Source of the DNA: Eledone cirrhosa
Lineage: Eukaryota
Assembly (NCBI GenBank): GCA_964016885.1
Contig: OZ024745.1
Span: 62,001 to 126,000 of the forward strand
DNA length: 64,000 nt
Direction of reading: 5' to 3'
The notes beneath the pieces are model-generated. The model was not told the origin of the DNA. It ran no database searches and saw only the letters and a list, made by a program, of their open reading frames with translations. Below, piece after piece: positions 11,931 through 26,213 of this stretch; the first letter of the stretch is position 1; every line of letters starts with the position of its first letter. A program made the position numbers and the translations under genes.

Positions 11931-14307
11931 ATATCATTATACTTAGTACATAATGATATCTAGTTTATACTTAGTATAAAATATATCTAATTTATATTTA
12001 GTTTCTAATTTATATCTAGTTATATCTAGTTTCTATTTTGTGTTAGCATTCACAGCAGTTAATTTAGACAGGATATTGTTATGGTAAAATAAAAGCAAAG
12101 AGCATGGACGTTTGAAAGGTAGGTCAAATATGGAAGGTTTCTACTCAAATTAGTTTGTTAAGTAAGTAGTTTGTATGTAAGGCCTTTAACCCCTGATGGA
12201 ATTGTAAGGGCACTGTAGTAACATACATGTCCTGGGAATTTTAAACTTGGCAGAACCTATCTTCCTCTCCAAGTTTCAACACTCTTTCATAGAGAAATAT
12301 AGCAGATGAATCAAACCCCAGTACTGGGTTATTATATTACATGTTCCAGCCGAGGGGCTGAGGCCATGCTGGGGCACTCCCATTAGGTTGGTCCTCCCCT
12401 TTTTTTTAATCAACCCCAAAAGTGTGAAAGGCTGAGTTGACCTCAGCAAAACTTGAACTCAGAGAATTGGAAGAAATCCTGCAAAGTATCGTGTCCGATG
12501 TTCTAACTGCCAATTTGACATCTCTAAACAATGTGTTTTCATTCTAAATCAATATACAGTTCAAGACACTAGAAACCTTTCTATAATAGAAAGATTATAA
12601 CTATATAACTATCTAAACATTGTTTCATGAATGGAGAAGACAGAAGATCTTATGACCCCTGGTAATGAAAGGAATTAAAAAGTTAATAAATTGTTACTCT
12701 TATTACAAGCTGGGAATTTCCTCAATAATTCTCTTGAAATAAGTGTATCATGTAAACACAAACATTATAAAAATAAAAGTGAATAAGAAAGATTTTAATT
12801 AAAACTTATGTTAGAAGTGTGAAATACTTTAATAAGTCGCAGAATTTAAGAAACAAATATACACTTACCAATATATAAACTGTCTGATAGAAATAACAAA
12901 CACAGATATTTAGACATCAACAATAGTAGATTATATAATGGTTAATTGATGAGATATCAAAACAACAAACAGTTGTAAATTTGGTAAGGGTCAATATATA
13001 TGATGACAGTGCAACTGTCGATGTGTAAACATACAGTATATTTCAATATATAAAGCAAATCTGAGTGAATGCTTTGTCAAAGTATGTTTTAATCTCTATA
13101 AAACACGGAGATTTTTAATGGTATTTAAATATTAAAAGATAACTTGAAGATATTTGTGAGAATCTTTATATATTAAATAAATAAAATGTGCTCAGCATTC
13201 AGCCCACACTATAAGGTGAAAGTGCTGTTGTCATGATAATATTCACCCAGCTTAATATTGACGCCACTCTAAAATGGTAGGTAGTGCTGGTGTCATGATA
13301 AAATTCACCTAGGCTATCCTATAAGGTGGAAGTGTTGGTGTCATGATAAAATTCACCTAGCTTAATGCTAATGACATGAAAAAAACCCAGTCCATCTTGT
13401 CAGGTGATGGTGGTAGTACTATGAGAAAACAAACCTAGTAAATGCCATAAAGTGGTTGGCATTAGGAAAGGCATCCAGCTGTAGATACCATACCAAAATG
13501 GAATGTTTGAGAAAGACACAGTCATCTGACCTTCCTGTCTCACCTCAGAGTGTGACAACCTATCTAACCCATAAAACAGTGATGATGTTTATGATGATGA
13601 TAAAGAAATAAGGAAAATAGTTTGTGTTTTTCTTGGAAAATTTTTGATGTTGAGTAAAATGAGAAGAAGCTTACTTTGGTAGTAATTTTTAATGCACTAA
13701 AGTGAAGGAAAACAGAGTTGTTATCAAAGCTTAGCAGCATATGGCAACAAAAATATTACATACAGCCATTTAAAGTTGAAATACGGTAAAAAGTAGGATT
13801 GAAAGAAACAAGTCATGCTTTCACTAGTCTCACCACACCCAATGTATTTATTTGGTACTAAAAACATAGCTCTCTTTGACAAAGGATTTTACCCAAAACA
13901 ATATTGTTCTCTTTCCCACAGCAATCCTATTTATTCAACTTTTGAACATCAGGTTAAAATAGTTTCATTGACGATTATAAGCTGTAAACTTTGATTTCAT
14001 ATCACAGTAAAAAAAAAAAAAGAAAAAATTAAACTAGTGATCATTTTGAAATATCAGCAGAGGTGTATGTTATAAAGATAAGCTACTACTGAACAAAGTC
14101 TGTACCCTCATTTCTTCATTAAAGAACTTTCCTTCATTCACACTACTAATGCCCTAAATTACCATTTTAGAAAATCCATGCAGCATTAACAGATGAGATA
14201 ACTTTTATGAGTAATACTATATTCATTCTATAAAAACAAAGTTTCAATTTTTAATGCATTAAAAATCAAAATTCATTTCTGTATAACCTAACAACTAAAT
14301 TGGTAAT

Positions 14308-15657
14308 ATCATCATCATCATCAACGTTTAACGTCCGTGTTCCACGCTTGCATGGGTTTGGACGGGGGTAGTCCCACTTGAGGCAAGAGTGATTGTCTTG
14401 CTCGCATAGGACTGTCTGGCAGGTTTTCTAGTTGGATGCCCTTCCTAACACCAACCACATTTACAGTGTGGGTCTGGGAGGTTTTTGCCGTGTTGCCTAC
14501 ACGGCCACATTACAGCGTGGACTGTGTGTTTTTTTTTTCGTGACACCTACACGATCTCATTTGTTTCGGCCTGGATGGCGCGGCACCAACATAACTTTAC
14601 ATAGAACGGGGTGGTGTGGATGGGGTGGGGGTGGGGGTGGTGGGACGGGGTGTATTTTGTTAGAGATGCCTACTGGCTGGAGTAGGTTTTACTATATATT
14701 TAGGTAAGGCGGGTCTTCTCTGTTACTGAGTACCGCCAAAGGTCTCGGTCCAGTGACATTGTCTTGGAGAGGTGTAGGTGTGTGATGTCGGAGTTTATCA
14801 GCTGATCCCAGGTTTTTCTAGGTCTGCCTATTCCGTGACTACCGTCTATCTTTATTGCCCTGCACTTTGTTATACAGCTATCGACTTTCATGCGCATCAC
14901 GTGTCCATACCAACGTAGCCTTCTCTCGAGTAAACAACATCTGATCCCTCTTATCTCTAATTTTTTCCTTAGTTCGTTTATGCTTTGCCGTTCACGTATA
15001 TTACTGTTACACATCCAGCGGAGCATGCAAGCTTCGTTCCTCTCTAGTCTGCGTATATCCTCTGCACACAATGCCCAGGTCTCACTACCATGCAACATTG
15101 CTGTTCGTATGCAGGCATCGTACAACCTGCCTTTCATTTTTAGGGAGAACCCTTTAGCAGCTAATAGTGGTATAAGCTCTCTGAACATTTTCCAACCAGT
15201 TCTGACTCTAGCTACAGTACTTTCAGAGCACCCTCCCCCACTGCTGATTTTATCGCCCAGGTAACGGAAGCTGTCCACTATTTCTATAGAACCCTCTGCG
15301 CAATTGAAAGAGCTAGTATTTTGTGGGCACTTGCTGCTACTTATTGCACCAGAACACCGGCCACATGTAAAATCTATGTTCTTAGTTAGCTTACCTGTGA
15401 TCCCACTACATCTTTTATGCACCCATACTTTGCATTTAGGACATAAAATGGAGTTTCTACCTACGCCTTTCCTACACACCGAGCATGACCATTTCCCAGA
15501 AGGGACCGCCGCCTTGTTTTCTTTCCTACAAACTAGAACTTTGGTCTTAGCCAGGTTAATTTTAAGTCCTTTTGACTCTAGGCCGTGCTTCCATGTTTGG
15601 AATTTCTTCTCTAGCTCGGCCATTGATTCCGCTATGAGTGTCAGGTCGTCTGCGTAT

Positions 15658-15659
<2 letters not shown>
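14308..15659 (-). mobile_element. 5'-truncated RTE-clade LINE: RT from LYADD onward, PHD-type finger, 3' UTR and (GAT)n tail
   Basis: LYADDLTLIAES..GLKINLAKTK..FRYLG..LHGSETW..RRLRWYGHV..GRPRKTW motifs; uninterrupted ORF to the stop at 14700. Confidence 0.95.
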
Positions 15660-16066
<407 letters not shown>

Positions 16067-16562
16067 TTGACTGCTATTTCTTGTAAATAAACATTCACTT
16101 CCATCCTGACGTCACTAGTCCCGTTCTTTCCTCATGTGCTTTTTCCTAAATACACATGAAGGCGAACTAGCCAGTTTTAGAACTCCATTTTTCGGATTAT
16201 ATTACTGTGAGAGCCCTGGTTTCTGTTGAGCTCTGCTGATGAATGAAATCCAACCGTGACCATCTCCACTGAAAGTTTTCATGAAATAGTCTTTTAAGAC
16301 TATACAGAGCATTTGATGTTATTCCAAATTGAAGGATAAGTGTTTCAAACTTTATTTTATCATGAGTTAAAGGTATATAGATTTTTCCCTGGATTTTACT
16401 AAATTCTGTGGATGAATTTATATCCTGATTCTCTTTTGAGATGAGTTTGAGTTATTTTTCCTAAATCTTTCGTTAACTACTTTTCCCATCTTGACGTTAT
16501 AGTCGCATATATGTTATAGAATGCCGTTAGCTTCTTGCTAAAACAATCTCTATACCTCTCAT

Positions 16563-16563
16563 T

Positions 16564-16626
<63 letters not shown>

Positions 16627-16965
16627 AATATATAAATATATAAATATATAAATATATATATATATAAATATATAAATATATATATATATAAATATATAAA
16701 TATATATATATATATATATTTATATATAAATATATATTTATATATATATTTATATATAAATATATATTTATATATATATTTATATATATATTTATATATA
16801 TATTTATATATATATTTATATATATATTTATATATATATTTATATATATATTTATATATATATTTATATATATATTTATATATATTTATATATATATTTA
16901 TATATATATTTATATATATATTTATATATATATTTATATATATATTTATATATATATTTATATAT

Positions 16966-16998
<33 letters not shown>

Positions 16999-16999
16999 A

Positions 17000-17050
<51 letters not shown>

Positions 17051-17069
17051 AATATATATATATATAAAT

Positions 17070-17103
<34 letters not shown>

Positions 17104-17243
17104 TTATATATAAATATATATTTATATATAAATATATAAATATATATTTATATATAAATATATATTTATATATAAATATATATTTATATATATATTTATA
17201 TATATATTTATATATAAATATATATATATATTTATATATATAA

Positions 17244-17274
<31 letters not shown>

Positions 17275-17331
17275 AATAAATATATATATAAATTTATATA
17301 TATATATAAATATAAATATATATATATAAAT

Positions 17332-17370
<39 letters not shown>

Positions 17371-17434
17371 AATATTATATATATATATATATATAAATAT
17401 ATAAATATATATATATATAAAGATATATATATAT
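16563..17434. repeat. Complex (TA)n array with alternating TAAA and TTTA blocks
   Basis: About 870 bp almost purely A/T. Confidence 0.97.
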
Positions 17435-17740
17435 CATACACCTACGGTAGTAGGTGTATAATATTCTTAAGGTCCCATTTCGGTCACTCGCGACACCTTC
17501 AAAGCTTTGTCACTAATTCAATTCTTGATAGAATTGGATGCGGTCTTTTGCACTTCATAGGACCACAGATAAGCTACTTTTTGACATAAAAATATTGAAA
17601 TTTGGTTCAGTAGAAAAAAAGTTACATAAAAATAAGTGAGGACCAAAAGAGTGTAAGGAACTACATACATAAGTAACGCTTAGTTTGTTTCTAATTTCTA
17701 ATACATTAAAATAGTGATAGATTGTGCAATAGTGAATTGT

Positions 17741-17813
17741 GGTCAGGTAGCTCAGTCGGTAGAGCAGCGGACCGGCAATCCGAAGGTCGTGGGTTCGATT
17801 CCCACCCTTATTA
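17741..17813 (+). pseudogene. tRNA-like sequence (anticodon position GGC), probably a pseudogene or repeat-derived
   Basis: Perfect D arm gctc/gagc and T arm gtggg-ttcgatt-cccac, 4-bp anticodon stem, imperfect acceptor stem, C at position 33. Confidence 0.65.
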
Positions 17814-17956
17814 CTTTTCCTATCTGCACTTCTTCCTATTCATTATTATTTATTATTATTATTTAACTTATTTGTTGATAAATATTTTTATTAATATTAA
17901 TATAATTATTAATATTAATATAATATCCTTGCATTGCCTGGAAAAAAAGTGGATTA

Positions 17957-19095
17957 CAGGGAAAAATGCGGGTGCATGTAAAGAAATATTCTTAAATTAA
18001 TAAACCTAGAAAAGTAAAGGACAAGTTATTACACCTGGAAAAGTAAAGGACAAGAAAACTTCTTAAAATATTGCAGCTAAAGTCTAAATTTAAAAAAAAA
18101 TATTTAGATTATAAAACTAAAAATAAATAATTATAAGTTAATTGTTAAAAAAATATCACTTTAAAGGACTGGAAAAATGACTGTCTTATAGGGAGAGTTG
18201 ACTACTGTATACTTAATTTTTTTCTTGGTGTATACAAATTAATCTTTTTAAAATAAAATTTGTACAATAATTTGTACAATAATTAATTAATAATAATAAT
18301 AATTAATATGTACAATTTATTAATTTATGTTATAAGATATTTAAAAATTTTCACTCTTAATCAAATTATATTTTTAAAAATTTAGTTATAAAATAATGCA
18401 GTAAAATAAATCAAAAACAGTGCATCATATAATTGCACTTTTTATGAGTATTACAGATTTTTTTAATATAGTAAAATTCAACATCTCAAGGGGCAAAATT
18501 AGGTAAAAGTCAATTCATCAATTATTCATTTATAGTGAATCAATCAATTATAGTGAATTCATCAATTCATTAGATGAACTGTTGAATTAGACAATGTTTA
18601 ATTTTTAATTGTAGTCTAATTTTACTCTACCTAAAAATGTAGATTGGTTATTTTGATCTCTGACAGGTCTTAAATTTCATTATTAAACAATTATAATTTG
18701 TTATTATTTATCATTACAGTGGCTCCCTAATTAATTATTAATTAATTGTTAGTGTCATTTACACGCCAAAATTTTGTTTTATTTGATGTTTATAATTGTC
18801 ACTCATTTTTTCAGTCCCATTTAGTAAAGTAAAATAAAGTATATTTATTTAATGACCCAACCACTATGGTGTAAATTAGGATCACAAAATTAAATAAATG
18901 ATCATAAATTAGTATTATTATCAATTAGAGAGTCAACTGTATTATTAGAATTTATCACTTTTTATGTATATTTAAAGAAGTTTTAAGAAGAAGTTTTCTT
19001 GTCCTTTACTTTTCCAGGTGTAATAACTTGTCCTTTACTTTTCTAGGTTTATTAATTTAAGAATATTTCTTTACATGCGCCCACATTTTTCCCTG
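17957..19095. mobile_element. 1.14-kb non-autonomous DNA transposon with about 115-bp terminal inverted repeats
   Basis: TA|cagggaaaaatg...gaaaagtaaaggacaag(x2) mirrored at 18985-19095 ...catttttccctg|TA; AT-rich non-coding interior. Confidence 0.85.
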
Positions 19096-19107
19096 TAATA
19101 TATATAT

Positions 19108-19146
<39 letters not shown>

Positions 19147-19221
19147 AATATATATAAATATATAAATAAATATATATATATATATATATATAAAACAACA
19201 GCTAAAGCAAGAGCAATTAGT

Positions 19222-19302
19222 ATACGGTTTATATTAAGTGGTATAGCAAGTGGCATACGGTTTATATAAAGTGGTATAGCAAGTGGCATACGGTTTATAT
19301 AA
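19222..19302. repeat. 33-bp tandem repeat, about 2.5 copies
   Basis: atacggtttatataaagtggtatagcaagtggc. Confidence 0.85.
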
Positions 19303-19345
19303 AGAAAAATTAATAATAATATTAGTCTGTGTGTGTTGAAACTCA

Positions 19346-19492
<147 letters not shown>

Positions 19493-21439
19493 TCAGGTAT
19501 TGGTATTGTCTGGTTGAAGAAATAGGGAGACAAAAGAATTTGATCATGAAATAATAGCAATAAATTCTACAGGGAAAGCACCATATTTCAATAAAAGGGA
19601 GGATTAAATCAGATAACGAGCTACAGCCAGTGTTTGTTTTGATGGGAGGAAAGCTTTTAAAGAATGACATCAAGAAAAATAAAGTTTAAAAAATGAGGTA
19701 AATTTTACACCCTATTACTTTGACAGCATGTTCTATTGTCTTTAAAAAGTGCAGGAATATCATAAAACCATATTTTTCCTCCCCATATAAAACAGTTTTA
19801 ACAATTAATTTGACCTATGTCATTAATGAAAACATTTAAAAAACGACTTATTAACCATTAAAAGTTAAACTAAAGATTAATTAGAAACAAAACGTGTGTG
19901 TATATATATATACATATACACACACACGTGTGTATATGTATATTAAAGGTAACATTGACCTATTTCAATTGGATATTATATGGACAATGATAACTAAAAT
20001 CACAAAAAAACAGAGTATCCTATAAAGAATTGGTAAGTCAACAGCTTCAACTAGACTATTATATAGAGAACAGAAAAATATACGATTTAATCTCATAGAA
20101 TATTGGAGAATAATCAATCTGAATGGAAAGAAAGGTTTCTAGTTTTACAAAGGTTTTCCCATTATAATGAGACTATGTTGAACAATCTAACATAGATCCT
20201 AGAACAACCTTAATATCTCCAGAGACTTTTGATAGAAGAACTCTTTAAAAAAGCTGATTATTCCCATTCAGTTAAAAAGACGATTTTGTACTCAGTCTTC
20301 TATTAATGAATTTGCAGCAGTTGATGTCAGCAATAGTTCTACCATTAAATGTCATATACAAACAGCCAAACAAATTGCTATTCTTCAGCACCAACATTTA
20401 TTTCTACCAAATACTGTTCTAATAATTACAGATTTTTTCTTCAAGATTTTACTGATAGGCCCTAAAATAGAGCAACAGTAGATAAAACACTAACAAATAT
20501 GTTTTCAAATTCCCTAAAATAAAAGAAAAAGAAATGAGTCACATAAAAGTGAAATATTTGCTAAAAATCTTCTTATTTTAGATTCATTAGATGTTTTAGT
20601 AGGTTATGTTAAGGAATTGCTGAGTAGCGAGAGAATTTTTATAATGCAAAGCAAGGAAAAAGAGTCGTTATACCAAGGCAAGTCAAAAGCCATTCATTCA
20701 AGTGTAAAACAAAAATGGAACAACAAAATAATAAATCTTGAATCAATAATATGAAATATTTTTTTAAAAAGCAGTATTCAAGTTTTTTCACATTTAGAAT
20801 AAAAGAGAAAATTCTTTTCTAAGTAGACAACAATTGGTTTTAGAATTGTAATATAGTTCTGATTTTAATATCAATAATGTAGTTTTGTAAACAGCAGTTT
20901 CTCTGGCAAAGATTAGAGATTTTATTACGAGAAAAGTTTACAATAATTTGAGAATAAAGATTTAAAATAACTGTTTTACTAGTTTTTCCTTAGGACAGTA
21001 AGGTTTAGGCAGTTGTGTAAATTTAGAGTAATTAAAACATGAAGTTCTTTTAGTTTTACTTTTTAATGAATAGATAGCACTTGCTAATGACTGAGCAGAA
21101 GTATAATAAAGGACTCAGAGATTGTTTAGTTGAGCAATGTTCTGATGATTTGAGCAAGAGTCTCTATGAGTAATAGTTGATCAGCCAACAGGTAGAAAGA
21201 GCTCATTAGCTTTAGTTGGCTGCCTAAGAGAAGGATCACTCTGATTTCAAAACCAGGGTGTATGGGACTTCTTAGTAACATGGGTGACAACCTTGTAAGT
21301 GACCAACAGCTTCATCCTTGTGATGAAGGTGGATGAGCTGTGGCTCAATGGCCAGCTTCTGAGTAATGATCAGACAAGGATTCAGGACCCACCAACATCA
21401 CTTTTGTTTTCCAATGAAAATCATGGACATGACATCTAA

Positions 21440-21672
21440 TAATCCTCATCAGGCCGGTGTTTATTACGATTTCATCAGCATTGAGTGACTGAGAGTACAA
21501 GAGTCCATCCCTCTGTCTATCACAGGGTTAAAACACCCAGCTATTACTGGTACTCATTTTCAGCTGAGTGTACTGGAGCAATATGAAATGAAATGTTTTG
21601 CTCAAGAACACAACACCACCTGGTACAGGAATGAAACCCACAACATCCTAAGCTTTAGGTCACATACCTTCA
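21440..21672 (-). mobile_element. SINE family C
   Basis: Reverse complement of the 36874 copy (ctcatcaggccggt, ggtactcattttcagctgagt, ttgctcaagaacacaac). Confidence 0.75.
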
Positions 21673-21775
21673 CAGATTAAACATATTCCTCTCCTAAAAA
21701 AAAATCACCCTGGAATGGATGTCAGCTGCCAAGATTGTCTGTATATACACAGTGTCTGTTACTGTATATACACAG

Positions 21776-21806
<31 letters not shown>

Positions 21807-22124
21807 GGAGGCACATGGCTTAGTGGTTAGAGCATTGGCCTTGCAATCGAAAGGTTGTGAGTTCAATTCTCAGCCCGGGTGATGTGTTGTTTCCTTGAGC
21901 AAGACACTTTATTTCACATTGCTCCAGTTTACTCAGCTGTAGAAATGAGATGATAGGGACTGGGGTCCCTATCACTCCACTGCAAAAAAAGCACCCTGCA
22001 CTCACTGTAAATGAGGTTGGTGTTAGGAAGGGCATCCAGCTGTAGAAATCAAGCCAGAATCAGTTCCCGTCCCACCCTTGCAAGCAGGGAAAAGTGGACG
22101 TAAAATGAAATGATGAATGATGAT
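21807..22124 (+). mobile_element. Full-length SINE family A, short-tail variant
   Basis: A and B boxes, CORE-like block, tail ggacgtaaaatgaaatgatgaatgatgat. Confidence 0.9.
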
Positions 22125-22126
22125 AT

Positions 22127-22459
22127 TACAGTAACAGACACTGTGTATATATATACAGTAACAGACACTGTGTATATATATATACAGTAACAGACACTGT
22201 GTATATATATATAGTAACAGACACTGTGTATATATACACTGTAGCAGACACTGTATATATATATACAGTGTCTGTTACTGTGTATATATATACAGTGTCT
22301 GTTACTGTCTATATATATATATATATATACAGTAACAGACAGTGTATATATATACAGTAACAGACACTGTGTATATATATATATACAGTAACAGACAGTG
22401 TATATATATACAGTAACAGACACTGTGTATATATATATATATATATACAGTAACAGACA

Positions 22460-22490
<31 letters not shown>

Positions 22491-22603
22491 CAGTAACAGG
22501 CACTGTGTATATATATATATACACAGTGTCTGTTACTGTATATATATATATATATATATACTGTGTCTGTTACAGTGTATATATATATACACAGTGCCTG
22601 TTA

Positions 22604-22634
<31 letters not shown>

Positions 22635-22700
22635 CTGTGTCTGTTACAGTGTATATATATATACACTGTGCCTGTTACTGTATACACAGTGTCTACTGTA
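22127..22700. repeat. Minisatellite (acagtaacagacactgtg plus variable (TA)n) with blocks in both orientations
   Basis: Forward and reverse-complement (cagtgtctgttactgt) units alternate. Confidence 0.9.
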
Positions 22701-23176
22701 TCTGTTGTGATTGTAATAACACCATTGTATGCTTAACTAACAGATTTCTGATCTTGTCTATAAATGAAAAGACATCATCTTCCATGATTTAATGGTTTAA
22801 AATACTAAGACAAATATACTAACACAGTGAGTGAGTGTGTGAGTGAGTGTGTGAGTGAGTGTGTGTGTGTGAGTGTGTGTGTGTGTGTGTGTGAGTGTGT
22901 GCACGTGTTTGCGCGCATCTATAAGTTTCTCAGGTTTCAGCTGATGGTATCTAGGGTTACAGTAAATATGCAGAAATAGTGAACAAAAAGTAACACACAC
23001 ATTTTATATAAATATACACACGTCTGTGTGTATGTGTATGTGTGTGTGTGTGTGTGTGCGCGCGCGTGCGTGCACACACACATATATATATATATATATG
23101 TGTGTGTGTGAGTCCAAGGTTCAATCAGAAGTAACCACAGTAAGTAAGGTACTCAATATATTAATAGAGTGTATAC

Positions 23177-23276
23177 AACAAATTTAATAAAGAAATGTCT
23201 TCTGCAGGACTAGAATAGTTTCATTCGAAGGAAACAATTCTAGTCGTGTAGAAGTCATTTCTTTACTAAATTTGTT
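23177..23276. repeat. Imperfect fold-back with about 46-bp arms, related to 34443-34552
   Basis: aacaaatttaataaagaaatg...gtttc / gaaac...catttctttactaaatttgtt. Confidence 0.85.
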
Positions 23277-23312
23277 TATATTTATCAAAAATTGAGCAAT
23301 GTATGAAAATTA

Positions 23313-23543
<231 letters not shown>

Positions 23544-26213
23544 TTAAACAAGCAATATTATAAGTATTTAAATATATACACTTACACATACTTATACCCA
23601 CACACATATATATGCAAAATTATATATATATATACACAAACATATATAAACATATGTACACTCATGTAAACATATACACACACATAAATTGACACTGACA
23701 TATCTATATACATAGAGACAAAATGATCCTGAATTGACCGGAAGTACAGTCAGTGAAGCCTGTAACAGGCGACCACAAAATTATTTTGTTCATGTTACCA
23801 TTTTAAATTGTCTACACATCATTTTAAATTGTCTACACACCATTTTAAATTGTCTACACACCATTTTAAATTGTCTGTACACCATTTTAAATTGTCTATA
23901 CACCATTTTAAATTGTCTACACAGCATTTTAAATTGTCTATACACCATTTTAAATTGTCTATACACCATTTTAAATTGTCTACACATCATTTTAAATTGT
24001 CTACACACCATTTTAAATTGTCTATACACCATTTTAAATTGTCTATACACCATTTTAAATTGTCTACACACCATTTTAAATTGTCTATACACCATTTTAA
24101 ATTGTCTATACACCATTTTAAATTGTCTACACAGCATTTTAAATTGTCTATACACCATTTTAAATTGTCTACACAGCATTTTAAATTGTCTATACAGCAT
24201 TTTAAATTGTCTATACACTATTTTAAATTGTCTACACACCATTTTAAATTGTCTACACACCATTTTAAATTGTCTACACACCATTTTAAATTGTCTACAC
24301 ACCATTTTAAATTGTCTATACACCATTTTAAATTGTCTATACACCATTTTAAATTGTCTACACACCATTTTAAATTGTCTACACACCATTTTAAATTGTC
24401 TATACACCATTTTAAATTGTCTACACACCATTTTAAATTGTCTATACACCGTTTTAAATTGTCTACACACCATTTTAAATTGTCTACACACCATTTTAAA
24501 TTGTCTATACAGCATTTTAAATTGTCTATACACCATTTTAAATTGTCTACACACCATTTTAAAATGTCTATACACCATTTTAAATTGTCTACACACCATT
24601 TTAAATTGTCTACACACCATTTTAAATTGTCTATACACCATTTTAAATTGTCTACACACCATTTTAAATTGTCTATACACCATTTTAAATTGTCTACACA
24701 CCATTTTAAAATGTCTATACACCATTTTAAATTGTCTACACACCATTTTAAATTTTCTACACACCATTTTAAATTGTCTACACACCATTTTAAATTGTCT
24801 ACACACCATTTTAAATTGTCTACACACCATTTTAAATTGTCTATACAGCATTTTAAATTATCTACACACCATTTTAAATTGTCTATACACCATTTTAAAT
24901 TGTCTACACACCATTTTAAAATGTCTATACACCATTTTAAATTGTCTACACACCATTTTAAATTGTCTATACACCATTTTAAATTGTCTACACACCATTT
25001 TAAATTGTCTATACAGCATTTTAAATTATCTACACACCATTTTAAATTGTCTATACACCATTTTAAATTGTCTACACACCATTTTAAATTGTCTATACAG
25101 CATTTTAAATTGACTATACACCATTTTAAAATGTCTATACACCATTTTAAATTGTCTACACACCATTTTAAATTGTCTACACACCATTTTAAATTGTCTA
25201 TACACCATTTTAAATTGTCTATACACCATTTTAAATTGTCTACACACCATTTTAAATTGTCTATACACCATTTTAAATTGTCTATACACCATTTTAAATT
25301 GTCTACACACCATTTTAAATTGTCTATACACCATTTTAAATTGTCTATACACCATTTTAAATTGTCTATACACCATTTTAAATTGTCTACACACCATTTT
25401 AAATTGTCTATACACCATTTTAAATTGTCTATACACCATTTTAAATTGACTATACACCATTTTAAATTGTCGACACCATTTTAAATTGTCTACACACCAT
25501 TTTAAATTGACTATACACCATTTTAAATTGTCTATACACCATTTTAAATTGACTATACACCATTTTAAATTGTCTATACACCATTTTAAATTGACTATAC
25601 ACCATATTAAATTGTCTACACACCATTTTAAATTGTCTACACACCATTTTAAATTGACTATACATCATTTTAAATTGTCTATACAGCATTTTAAATTGAC
25701 TATACACCATTTTAAAATGTCTATACACCATTTTAAATTGTCTACACACCATTTTAAATTGTCTATACACCATTTTAAATTGTCTACATACCATTTTAAA
25801 TTGTCTACATACCATTTTAAATTGTCTATACATTTTAAATTGTCTATATATCTTAAATTGTCTATACACCATTTTAAATTGTCTACACACCATTTTAAAT
25901 TGTCTATACATTTTAAATTGTCTATACACCATTTTAAATTGTCTACACACCATTTTAAATTGACTATACACCATTTTAAATTGTCTATACAGCATTTTAA
26001 ATTGACTATACACCACTTTAAAAAGTCTATACACCATTTTAAATTGTCTACACACCATTTTAAATTGTCTATACACCATTTTAAATTGTCTACATACCAT
26101 TTTAAATTGTCTATATATCTTAAATTGTCTATACACCATTTTAAATTGTCTACACACCATTTTAAATTGTCTACACACCATTTTAAATTGTCTATACATT
26201 TTAAATTGACTAT

